The notes beneath the pieces were generated by a model. It searched no databases. It was not told the DNA's origin and was given only the letters and a program-made list of their open reading frames with translations. A program made the translations under genes and the position numbers. Shown in pieces: positions 1 to 11,841 of a stretch of 64,000 nucleotides of DNA. Origin of the DNA: Myxococcota bacterium (GTDB lineage: Bacteria > Myxococcota_A > UBA9160 > PR03); assembly GCA_041611735.1 (NCBI GenBank), contig JBFIML010000008.1, positions 1 to 64,000 of the forward strand, given 5' to 3'. Within the stretch, counting starts at the first letter, position 1. Every line of letters begins with the position of its first letter.

Positions 1-342
1 GGGGCGGGGGGGATCCTGGTCCCGATAAGCGAACACGTTCGCAAGGTTGATCTCGCCGGCCAGCTCGGCCTGCCCGTGCTGGTGGTGGCCCGGGGCAGCC
101 TCGGAACCATCAACCACACCCTCCTGACGCTGGAGGCCCTGGCCGCGCGTCGAATCCGCCTGGGCGGAGTGGTGATCTCCCACGGGAGCGCAAGCCTCTG
201 CCCGGCCGACGCCGCGAACCTCGACGCCCTGCGCCGGGAGCTCGGGCCGCGCCTCCTCGGCGAGCTGCCCCCGCTCCGGGCGCCGGACCAGGCCGTCCTG
301 GATGGAGTCGTGGAGGCCCTGACGCGCCTCTTCCGCGATTGA
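1..342 (+). CDS. bioD: Dethiobiotin synthase (5'-truncated by window edge)
   Basis: Frame 1 from base 1 reads GAGGILVPI...LPVLVVARGSLGTINHTLLT, the BioD (E)GAGG and LGTINHT motifs; stop at 340-342. Confidence 0.9.
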   Translation, partial: GAGGILVPISEHVRKVDLAGQLGLPVLVVARGSLGTINHTLLTLEALAARRIRLGGVVISHGSASLCPADAANLDALRRELGPRLLGELPPLRAPDQAVLDGVVEALTRLFRD

Positions 343-387
343 CGCACCGGGGCGGATGGCATGACGCGATGACGCGCTGAGACCGCG

Positions 388-1536
388 TCAAGACGTCACC
401 CGCCGGCCTCCCAGCCAGGTCTCGCGGACGCTTCCATCCTCCTCGAGCACCACCAGATCCGCCCGGGCGCCCGGCCGCAACGTCCCGCACTCCGCCTCGA
501 TTCCCAGCAGCCGAGCCGGGCGCAGCGTACAGGCCACCACCGCCCCATGCAGGTCCAGGGCGCCCCAGGAGCGCACGTTCTGGATGGCGCGGTCCAGGGT
601 CAGGCGGCTCCCGGCCAGCCTGCCGTCCGGGAGGCGCAGCGCCGTGCCGTCGTCCCGCAGCGGGCCCGACCCGAAGTCGGAATCCCGAGGCAGGTCGAGG
701 CGGTCCGTGATCAGAATCAGGTCGCGACCCTTGACGCGGGCGGCGATGCGCACCCAGGCGGGATGGACGTGGGCGCCGTCGCAGATCAGGTCGCAGCTCA
801 GGCGCGGCTCGGCGAGCACGGCCGCAGCCGGTCCGGGGGCCCGCTGGTGGAGGGGTCCCATGGCGTTGAATAGATGGGTGGCGTGGCTCACGCCCCGGGC
901 CGCCGCCTCCCCCACCTGCTCCGCAGTGGCGAGGGAGTGGCCGAGGGCCGCCGCGATGCTGCGGCGTGCCAGCTCGCTCACCAGGTCCCAGGCCCCCGAC
1001 GCCTCCGGGGCCAGGGTGACCAGCCGGACCCAACCCTCGCCCCGCTCCAGCACCTCCCGGCCCTCCACCGCGTCGTAGGGGCGGATGGCCTGCCGGGGCT
1101 GGGCGCCGCAGGCCTCCGCCCGGATCCAGGGCCCCTCCAGGTGGATTCCGAGGGGCCGCGCCCCGGGCGCGTCAAAATGCGTCATGGCGCGCGCCAGCGC
1201 CGTGACCCGCTCCCGGAGTGCGTCACGAGGCCAGGCCACCGTGGTGGCCAGGAAGCCGGTGACTCCGCTTCGGAGCTGGCGCGCCGCGTCCTGGCGCAGG
1301 GCGGGCTCCAGGGCCTCGGTCCGGGCGAAGACCAGGGAGCCGTGGACGTGGACGTCCAGGAGGCCGGGCGCCAGGTACGCCCCGGCCAGGTCCACGGCCT
1401 GGCTGCCGGCGGGCGGCTCCTCGCCGGGGTGGAGTCGCGCGCGGATGCGCTCGCCATCCAGGAGCAGCGCGCCCGGGGCGGCGTCGGAAGCCTCGGGATC
1501 CAGCAGCCGGGCGTTGCGAAGCAGGAGGAGGCTCAT
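388..1536 (-). CDS. nagA: N-acetylglucosamine-6-phosphate deacetylase
   Basis: PGLLDVHVHG, GIHLEGP, TLAPE, THLFNAM, DGAHVHP, LAGSRLTLD motifs; ATG 1536 with GGAGGT RBS. Confidence 0.92.
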   Translation of the reverse strand: MSLLLLRNARLLDPEASDAAPGALLLDGERIRARLHPGEEPPAGSQAVDLAGAYLAPGLLDVHVHGSLVFARTEALEPALRQDAARQLRSGVTGFLATTVAWPRDALRERVTALARAMTHFDAPGARPLGIHLEGPWIRAEACGAQPRQAIRPYDAVEGREVLERGEGWVRLVTLAPEASGAWDLVSELARRSIAAALGHSLATAEQVGEAAARGVSHATHLFNAMGPLHQRAPGPAAAVLAEPRLSCDLICDGAHVHPAWVRIAARVKGRDLILITDRLDLPRDSDFGSGPLRDDGTALRLPDGRLAGSRLTLDRAIQNVRSWGALDLHGAVVACTLRPARLLGIEAECGTLRPGARADLVVLEEDGSVRETWLGGRRVTS

Positions 1537-1604
1537 GCCGGCCACCTCCTGCAGAGGCAACGGGTTGCCTCAAGCGGGCTCTCGGAGCCACCGATGCTCA
1601 AGGC

Positions 1605-2177
1605 GTGTCCTCCACGAGCCGCGAGAACGTCGCCGAGGACCTGGATCTCCTCGACCGCAAGCTGAAGCAGCTCAGGAACGAGTACGAACAGTACTTCCTC
1701 GGCAGCCGCCCCCGGGAGCCGCTCCTGCTGCGGGGCGAGGTCCAGAAGCTGGTCGGCTACTACTCGAACGTGCCGATCCGCAATACCGCGCTGCGTTTCC
1801 GCTTCAACAACCTGACCTCCCGTTTCTTCGCGTTCCGGCGCCAGTGGGAGCGCGTCCTGCGCCAGATCGAGAACGGCACCTACGAGCGTCACGTGTTCCG
1901 GGCCCGCCTGCACGAGCGCAAGCCGCCGGCCGGCGAGCCGGCACCCGAGGTCGCAAACCCGGTCGACCAGGTCTACGAGGACTACCTGCGGGCGCGCCGG
2001 GAGTGCGGCGAGGACGTGAAGGGGCTCAGCCGCGAGCGGCTGCGGGACATCCTGGACCGCCAGGGGGAAGCCATCCGCCAGCGCTACGGCTGCAAGGAGG
2101 TGCGCTTCCGGGTGGTGGTGGAGGGGGGCAAGGCCCGCCTCAAGGCCAGCGCGGTCGGCGCGGCGAAGAGCGGTTGA
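1605..2177 (+). CDS. Hypothetical protein resembling the myxobacterial MXAN_5187 C-terminal-domain family
   Basis: LRNEYEQYFLG..PREP, LRFRF, VYEDYLRARRECGE and VRFRVVVEGGKARLKA motifs, recalled from that family; GC3-biased codons. Confidence 0.65.
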   Translation: MSSTSRENVAEDLDLLDRKLKQLRNEYEQYFLGSRPREPLLLRGEVQKLVGYYSNVPIRNTALRFRFNNLTSRFFAFRRQWERVLRQIENGTYERHVFRARLHERKPPAGEPAPEVANPVDQVYEDYLRARRECGEDVKGLSRERLRDILDRQGEAIRQRYGCKEVRFRVVVEGGKARLKASAVGAAKSG

Positions 2178-2185
2178 CGCCGCCC

Positions 2186-2596
2186 TCAGAGCCGCCGGGC
2201 CACGGCGAGGCGCGTCACCGCCCGGGACAGGGCCGCCCGCTCCAGCTGGAAGCGGCGCTCCTCGTCTTCCGTCCGGCGCAGCTGCTCGAGCGCTCCCTCG
2301 GCCCGCGCCCGGGCCCGCTCGGCTCGCGCCAGGTCGATGTTCCGGGCGAGCTCGCAGGTCTCCACCATCACCACGACGCGCTCGCCGGTCACCTCCGCGA
2401 AGCCGTCCGAGACCGCCGCCCACTCGACGCCCTCCCGGCGCCGGATCTCCAGCTCCCCGATCCGGATCGGCGAGAGGAAGCGCTCGTGCCCCGGCAGGAC
2501 CCCGAAGTCCCCCTCGCTCCCGGGCAGCACGACGCTCTCCGCATCCCCGGCCCAGGCCTCTCCCTCGGGCGTCACGATGTGCAGCTCCAGCGGCAC
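2186..2596 (-). CDS. atpC: ATP synthase F1 epsilon subunit
   Basis: LHIVTPEG...LPGSEGDFGVLPGH...IDLARAERARARAE; GTG at 2596 directly after atpD. Confidence 0.95.
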   Translation of the reverse strand: MPLELHIVTPEGEAWAGDAESVVLPGSEGDFGVLPGHERFLSPIRIGELEIRRREGVEWAAVSDGFAEVTGERVVVMVETCELARNIDLARAERARARAEGALEQLRRTEDEERRFQLERAALSRAVTRLAVARRL

Positions 2597-2604
2597 GCCG
2601 CCCC

Positions 2605-6467
<3,863 letters not shown>

Positions 6468-6468
<1 letters not shown>

Positions 6469-7019
6469 CAGCGTTCCTTCACGAGGCTCGCGCGAAGCTG
6501 CGCGAGCTGCGTCTTCAGGCTTCCGTCGAAGACCAGACCGCTCACGCGGGCCACGGCGCCCGCGATGAGCTCCGGATCCACACGCAGCGAGAGCTGCACG
6601 TCACGCCCGGTGCGCGCCGAGAGCGCGCGCCGCAGGCGCTCCAGCTGCCCATCCTCGAGCGGGCTGGCCGAGACCACCTCGGCGTGGGTCCGCCCCGCCG
6701 CCTCGTCGGCCAGCCGGCCGTACTCGGAGACGATCGTAGGCAGGTCCAGCATGCGCCGCTGGTCGATCAGGAAGGCGCAGAACTTGTGGAACAGGGGGCT
6801 CATCCCGAGCTGCCCGGCCAGCGCCTCGAGGACGCGCCGCCGCTCCGGGGCCGGGTGCAGGGGGCGCACCAGCACTTCGTGCAGGGCCGGGTGCCGCCGG
6901 ATCAGGTCCTGGAGGGTGCCGAGCTCCTCCTGCACCTGCTCGACGCGGCCCTCCTCCTGGGCCAGGCCGAACACGGCCTTCGCGTAGCGTCGCGCGGCGG
7001 AGGCTCCCCGGGCGCCCAT
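6468..7019 (-). CDS. atpH: ATP synthase F1 delta subunit
   Basis: ARRYAKAVF...VDPELIAG...[12 protein letters not shown] at 7019; position in operon. Confidence 0.95.
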
Positions 7020-7020
7020 G

Positions 7021-7587
7021 CTAACGCCTCGGCGCCGCGCCGGAGCGGTCGCTCTCGATGCGCTGGACGAAGTGGTCGAGCAGGCGCTCGCGGTCCGCGG
7101 GCCCAACGCGGTCACGCAGCAGGTCGCCGGCCAGGGCCACCGCCGCGTCCGCCACCTCGGCGCGCAGGCGGGCCCGGGCGCGTTGCACCTCCTGCTGCAC
7201 GGCGGCCTGGGCGTCGCGCCGGATCCGCTCGGCCGCCGCCTGCGCCTCGGCCAGCAGGCGGCGACGCTCCCCTTCGGTCTGGTCTCGCACGGCCGCGCGC
7301 ATCTCCTCCATCTCCCGATCGACCTGCTCCATGCGACGCCGGCAGTCCGCCAGGCGCGACTCGGCCTGCTCGAGCTCGCGGCGGGCCGCGTCCAGATCGT
7401 TCTCGATCCCGCGACGCCGATCCGCGAGAAAGCTGCGCACGGGCTTGCGGCCGAAGTAGATCACGACCGCCAGGAAGACCACGAAGTTGAGCACCCGCCA
7501 GAGGGGGGAGCTCTCGAGGGCCCCGCCGGCCGCCATGGCCACGCCCGGAACCAGCCCGAGCATCAGCGTGAGCGCGAGTGTTCGCAT
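7021..7587 (-). CDS. atpF: ATP synthase F0 subunit b
   Basis: Signal-like N-terminus, TM helix WRVLNFVVFLAVVIYFGRKP, long charged coiled coil; ATG 7587 overlaps the upstream stop. Confidence 0.9.
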   Translation of the reverse strand: MRTLALTLMLGLVPGVAMAAGGALESSPLWRVLNFVVFLAVVIYFGRKPVRSFLADRRRGIENDLDAARRELEQAESRLADCRRRMEQVDREMEEMRAAVRDQTEGERRRLLAEAQAAAERIRRDAQAAVQQEVQRARARLRAEVADAAVALAGDLLRDRVGPADRERLLDHFVQRIESDRSGAAPRR

Positions 7588-8129
7588 CAGTCGAGCCCCC
7601 GCCCGAGGAGTCGCGTGGCCACCTCCCGGGCCAGCGTCTCCGCCTCGCGGCGCAGCCCGGCCCGGGCGCGCTCCACCGCCGTGCCCACCTCGCTGCGCGT
7701 TCGAGCCAGCTCCTCCTCGGACTGGCGGCGGGCCGCCAGCAGCGCCTCCGCCTGCTCCTGGCGGGCGCTCCTCAGGTAGGCCTTGCGCTCGCCGTCGGCG
7801 TGCTCCCGGGCGTCGCGGAGGGCCGCCTCGTAGCGGCCCAGCAGCTGCTTCGCCTCCGCTGCCAGCTCCACGGCCCGACCCCGCGCCCCGGCGATGCGCT
7901 CCTCGCGCTCGTCGAGGACGCGAAGCAGGGGCCGGAACAGGATCCGGTCCGTCAGCGGGATCAAGAGGGCGAACAGGATCAGGAGGACCACCAGGGTACG
8001 GCCGTCCGGGAAGATCTGGAGGCCGCCCTCGGCGGCAACCGCGGGAAGCGACGTCACCGCGACCAGCAGCCCGATCGGCCCGGCAGCCAGGCGGGGGAGG
8101 GAGCGCGGGTGCTTGGTCGCGGTGCACAC
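7587..8129 (-). CDS. atpF: ATP synthase F0 subunit b' (second b-type subunit)
   Basis: LLILFALLIPLTDRILFRPLLRVLDEREERI plus coiled coil ending LLGR; GTG 8129 with AGGAG RBS. Confidence 0.88.
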   Translation of the reverse strand: MCTATKHPRSLPRLAAGPIGLLVAVTSLPAVAAEGGLQIFPDGRTLVVLLILFALLIPLTDRILFRPLLRVLDEREERIAGARGRAVELAAEAKQLLGRYEAALRDAREHADGERKAYLRSARQEQAEALLAARRQSEEELARTRSEVGTAVERARAGLRREAETLAREVATRLLGRGLD

Positions 8130-8351
8130 GTTTCGCTCCTGGAGCCTGGCACCGGCCGCCCCTCCGGGAGCCGTGCAGACCGCACGCCGCAGCATCGGAA
8201 GCCGATGGGGGCGGCGGACCGCTCCCGAGGGCACCCCGTGGGCTTCGGGGAGGCGGAATGGTGGCAAACGTGAGCCGAACTTCAAGGCGCAGCGGCGTCC
8301 TGCGTAGGGCTCTCGAGGCCGGCGGGAGGCAAGCCCGCGGGGGCGGCCCGC

Positions 8352-9239
8352 TCAGCGGTCGCCGAGGATGATGCCCGCAATGCGCCCCAGCTCCTCGGGG
8401 CCGAAGTACTCCACCTCGAGCCGCCCGCGCCCCGGGGCGCCCACCAGGCGCACGCGCGTCTTGAGCCGGTCCCGCAACGCCTCCACCAGCTGGCGGGTAT
8501 CCGCATCCAGCGGCTTCGGCTGCTCCTCGCGTCGCCGCGCCCGCGGCGGCGAGCCGCTCAGGGTGCGGGCGGCCTCCTCCGCCTGACGCACCGAGAGGCC
8601 GTCGCGTACGATGCGCTCCCGCAGGGCGCGGCGCCGCTCCGGGTTGCCGACCTGCAGCAGCGCCTTGGCGTGACCGAAGCTCAAGCGCCCTTCCTCCACG
8701 TCGGTCTGCGCCTCACGCGGCAGTTCGAGCAGGCGCAGATGGTTCGCCACGCTGGAGCGGTCGAGGCTCACGCGGCGGCCGATCTCCTCCTGGGTGGCCC
8801 CGGTCTCGGCCAGGGCACGGAACGCCAGGGCCAGCTCGATCGGGTTGAGATCGCGTCGCTGCACGTTCTCCACCAGAGCCAGCTCGAGCCGCTCCGGCGG
8901 CGCCACGTCCGCCACCACGACCGGCAGCGTGGCCAGGCCGGCGAGCTGCGCGGCTCGCCAGCGGCGCTCGCCCACCACCAGTTCGAAGCGATCCCCGGCC
9001 CGACGCACCACGGCGGGCTGCAGCACGCCGTGACGCCGGATCGAGTCGGCCAGCCGCTCCAGCTCCGCCGCCTCGAACTGGCGGCGGGGCTGCTGGGGAT
9101 TGGGGTCGATGCGGTCGATCTCGAGCTGCACCGCTCCTTCGGCGGCCGCCTCGGACGGCTCGGCCGCCGGCGCGGGCAGCGGCGCACGCGGGATCAACGC
9201 CTCGAGACCGCGGCCCAGCGCGCTACGCCGACCCGCCAT
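8352..9239 (-). CDS. parB: Chromosome partitioning protein ParB/Spo0J
   Basis: LGRGLEALI, NPQQPRRQF, GERRWRAA, ENVQRRDLNPIE, HTH region. Confidence 0.97.
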   Translation of the reverse strand: MAGRRSALGRGLEALIPRAPLPAPAAEPSEAAAEGAVQLEIDRIDPNPQQPRRQFEAAELERLADSIRRHGVLQPAVVRRAGDRFELVVGERRWRAAQLAGLATLPVVVADVAPPERLELALVENVQRRDLNPIELALAFRALAETGATQEEIGRRVSLDRSSVANHLRLLELPREAQTDVEEGRLSFGHAKALLQVGNPERRRALRERIVRDGLSVRQAEEAARTLSGSPPRARRREEQPKPLDADTRQLVEALRDRLKTRVRLVGAPGRGRLEVEYFGPEELGRIAGIILGDR

Positions 9240-10053
9240 GGACTCCTCCTTCGCGTCGCTCCGGCTTCGGGACCGCGACGCCCTCCGCTGGCAGTTGGCG
9301 CAGGAGCTCCTCCGCCAGGCCCAGATAGGCGACGGCCCCCTTGGAGCGGATGTCGTAGAGCAGGGCCGGGCGCCCGTGACTCGGCGCCTCGGAGAGCCGG
9401 ACGTTGCGCGGGATCTCCGTGGCGAACACCAGCGCCCCGAAGTGCCGGCGGGCCTCCTCGGCCACCTGGCGGCTCAGGGTGTTGCGAGCGTCCAGCATGG
9501 TGAGCAGGATGCCCTCCACCGCGAGCGCCGGGTTCAGGCTGCTCCTCACCCGCTCGATGGTCTCCATCAGTCGCGCCAGGCCTTCCAGCGCGTAGTACTC
9601 CGCCTGCAGCGGCACCAGCACGCGGTCCGCGGCGGTGAGGGCGTTCAGCGTCAGCAGGCCCAGGGACGGCGGGCAGTCGATCAGGATCAGGTCGTACGCC
9701 TCGCGTACGTCGGAGAGGGCCTGCTCGAGGCGTCGTTCGCGCTCCGGGGTGTCGACCAGCTCGAGCTCGGCTCCAACCAGATCGGGTCCGGCGGGCGCCA
9801 CCTTCAGGTACGCCAGCTCGGTCGGCTGCGTCACGTCCTTCATCACGCAGTCACCGATCAGCGCGTGGTACACGTGGCGCGCCGATGGCTGGACGCCGAG
9901 CCCGCTGGTCGCGTTGGCCTGGGGATCGAGGTCCACCAGCAGCGTGGGGCGCTCGGAAGCGGCGAAGGAGGCGGCAAGGTTCACGGCAGTGGTGGTCTTG
10001 CCCACGCCGCCCTTCTGATTCGCAATCGCGAAGACCCGACTTCGCCTGGCCAT
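9223..10053 (-). CDS. parA: Chromosome partitioning ATPase ParA/Soj
   Basis: NQKGGVGKTTT, DLDPQANAT, IDCPPSLG, IPRNVRLSEAPSHG. Confidence 0.97.
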   Translation of the reverse strand: MARRSRVFAIANQKGGVGKTTTAVNLAASFAASERPTLLVDLDPQANATSGLGVQPSARHVYHALIGDCVMKDVTQPTELAYLKVAPAGPDLVGAELELVDTPERERRLEQALSDVREAYDLILIDCPPSLGLLTLNALTAADRVLVPLQAEYYALEGLARLMETIERVRSSLNPALAVEGILLTMLDARNTLSRQVAEEARRHFGALVFATEIPRNVRLSEAPSHGRPALLYDIRSKGAVAYLGLAEELLRQLPAEGVAVPKPERREGGVHGGSA

Positions 10054-10171
10054 GCATCGGCCTCCCACGGGAGCTCCGCGGGCCGGCCCGCCCGGAGCCC
10101 CGGCTGCTGCAGACGCGCAGGGCCGCGTCGGATGCGAAGAAGGAACCCCCCGGGGGAGTCAGCCCCTCTTC

Positions 10172-10864
10172 CTAACTACCACAGGGCCCCTGCGGCCGTC
10201 CAGCGGAGTTGCGCATCGGCTCCGGGCGTCCCACCCAGGCCGCTCGCTCCGGACCGCCCAGGGGCACTCGATACGGGCGGACGGCCACCGCCACGATGCC
10301 CGCCGGGAGCGGGACGGGAGGCGCCTCGCGGCGGCACGGGATCACGAGATGTCCACCGGGCGCCGCCCAGCGGGTCATCCAGACGAGCGCCTGCTCGGGT
10401 TGCGCCATGGCCTGGGCGAGGACCAGGTCGTGGGGCCGGGCCGGGAGCGTCTCCGCACGGCCGAGAAGGGGCTCCACGTTCGGGAGCCCGAGGGCCCGGA
10501 TCGCGGCTCGTTGAAAGTGATGGCGACGCGCGCGCGCCTCGACGAGGGTGAGGCGCCACTCGCCGTGGAGGATGGCCAGGGGCAGTCCCGGAAAGCCGGC
10601 CCCGGAGCCGAGGTCCACCACGCCCTGCGCCCGGGGCAGGACCGAGGCCAGGGCCAGGGCGTCGAGCACGAGCCGGCGGATCACGGCCTCGGCCCCGCGG
10701 TGGCCAGTCAGATTCATGCGCTCCGCCCAGCGGGCCGTGAGCTGCGCAAGCTCCGCCAGGCGCGGCACTACGTCCCAACGAGCATCGGGGTCGAGCCCCA
10801 GCTCACGAAGTCCGGAGGCGAGGAGGTCGCGCAGGGCCCGGGTCGCAGGCGGGGCGTGGCTCAG
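10172..10864 (-). CDS. rsmG: 16S rRNA m7G527 methyltransferase RsmG (GidB); start codon uncertain
   Basis: MNLT, DLGSGAGFPGLPLAI, GRAE motifs. RsmG-like LRDLLASGLRELGL lies upstream of the first canonical start (GTG 10768), so the start is tentatively placed at CTG 10864. Confidence 0.85.
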   Translation of the reverse strand: MSHAPPATRALRDLLASGLRELGLDPDARWDVVPRLAELAQLTARWAERMNLTGHRGAEAVIRRLVLDALALASVLPRAQGVVDLGSGAGFPGLPLAILHGEWRLTLVEARARRHHFQRAAIRALGLPNVEPLLGRAETLPARPHDLVLAQAMAQPEQALVWMTRWAAPGGHLVIPCRREAPPVPLPAGIVAVAVRPYRVPLGGPERAAWVGRPEPMRNSAGRPQGPCGS

Positions 10865-10867
10865 GAA

Positions 10868-10883
10868 TGTTCCCCGTGGAACT
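10868..10883. promoter_or_regulatory. parS site (ParB loading site)
   Basis: TGTTCCCCGTGGAACT, 14/16 to the palindrome TGTTCCACGTGGAACA, adjacent to parAB. Confidence 0.75.
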
Positions 10884-10904
10884 CACCCAGGCCGGGCGGG
10901 GTGG

Positions 10905-10920
10905 TGTTCCACGTGGAAAC
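10905..10920. promoter_or_regulatory. parS site (ParB loading site)
   Basis: TGTTCCACGTGGAAAC with the intact palindromic core TTCCACGTGGAA. Confidence 0.85.
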
Positions 10921-10928
10921 ATCACGCC

Positions 10929-11819
10929 TCACTCACCCTCCCGGCTGGCCGCCTCTTCGTGGCGCAGGGCCTCCTCGTACTCGGGAGCCCCCTCCGGGAC
11001 CACGACTACCTGCCGATAGCGCCCCTCGCCCACGCTCATGGTGGCGATGCCCTTGGTGTCCCGGAGCGCCAGGTGCACGGTACGCCGATCCCGCCCGTTC
11101 ATGGGGTCGAGGGCCACGGCCCGGCCAGAACTCGCGGCCCGCCCGGCCGCTCGCTCCGCCACCCGTTCGAGCAGGGCGGCGCGCTTCTCGCCTTCTCCCT
11201 CCACGTCCAGGATCACCCGGGGCTCCTCGGGGCCCTTCCGCATGGCCGCCTGGTTGGCCAGCAGCTGGATCGCCTCGACGGCCCGTCCGTCGCCGGCGCC
11301 GAGCTGGCGTGCTGCCTCCCCGCGAAGCTGGATGACGCGGTTCCTGCCCTCGTCCGCCTCGCCGACCTCGAAGGGCCCGAGACCCATGCGCTCGACGACT
11401 CCGCGGACGAACTCTCCGAACTCGGTGAGCTCGTTCAGGGGGCGTCCCACCGAGGGCTCCAGCGGGGCGCTCGGCCCCACCGGCTGGACGACGGCGGCGG
11501 CCGACCGGTTCTCGTCCCCCCTTGGCCGTCGGCCCGGGCCTTCGCTCCGCCGTCGTCCGCGGTTCCGGTCGCCCCGCTCGCCCCGGTCGCCCCGCTCACC
11601 CCGCTCGCGCCCCTCGCGCCGTTCCACCGGACGGGGAGATATCCCCTTGGGGAAGGCGATCAGCAGCGTGCGTGCCGCCACACCCGAGACGCGCCCCGGC
11701 GGCACCTCCAGCACGGTGAGCGCTTCGGTGCCCGTCCCGAAGAACTCGCACGCCTTGCCCACCGCCTCTTCGCGACTGGCGCCCGCGAACTCGCGCGGCT
11801 CTCCCTTCGGATCGTACAC
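10929..11819 (-). CDS. jag: Jag/EloR (KhpB) RNA-binding protein
   Basis: Jag_N-like FAGASREEAVGKA, KH-like region, R3H motif PMNGRDRRTVH, SVGEGRYRQVVV; downstream of yidC. Confidence 0.88.
   Translation of the reverse strand: MYDPKGEPREFAGASREEAVGKACEFFGTGTEALTVLEVPPGRVSGVAARTLLIAFPKGISPRPVERREGRERGERGDRGERGDRNRGRRRSEGPGRRPRGDENRSAAAVVQPVGPSAPLEPSVGRPLNELTEFGEFVRGVVERMGLGPFEVGEADEGRNRVIQLRGEAARQLGAGDGRAVEAIQLLANQAAMRKGPEEPRVILDVEGEGEKRAALLERVAERAAGRAASSGRAVALDPMNGRDRRTVHLALRDTKGIATMSVGEGRYRQVVVVPEGAPEYEEALRHEEAASREGE
11568..11621 (-). repeat. Imperfect 9-bp tandem repeat (6 units) inside jag, encoding an RE/RG-rich linker
   Basis: gtcgccccg ctcgccccg gtcgccccg ctcaccccg ctcgcgccc ctcgcgccg; encodes RREGRERGERGDRGERGD. 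Confidence 0.7.
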
Positions 11820-11841
11820 GTCGGTCCTCCTCGTCCCGAGC

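Noticed and set aside
29-42. Palindrome GCGAAC-AC-GTTCGC with an AACnnGTT core
   Set aside because: Lies inside bioD coding sequence, lacks the T/A ends of the KstR motif, and has the wrong spacing for a GAAC-N4-GTTC LexA box.
340-390. Short TGACGC/ATGACGCG repeats between bioD and nagA
   Set aside because: Only two exact 8-mers between convergent stop codons; too short to distinguish from chance.
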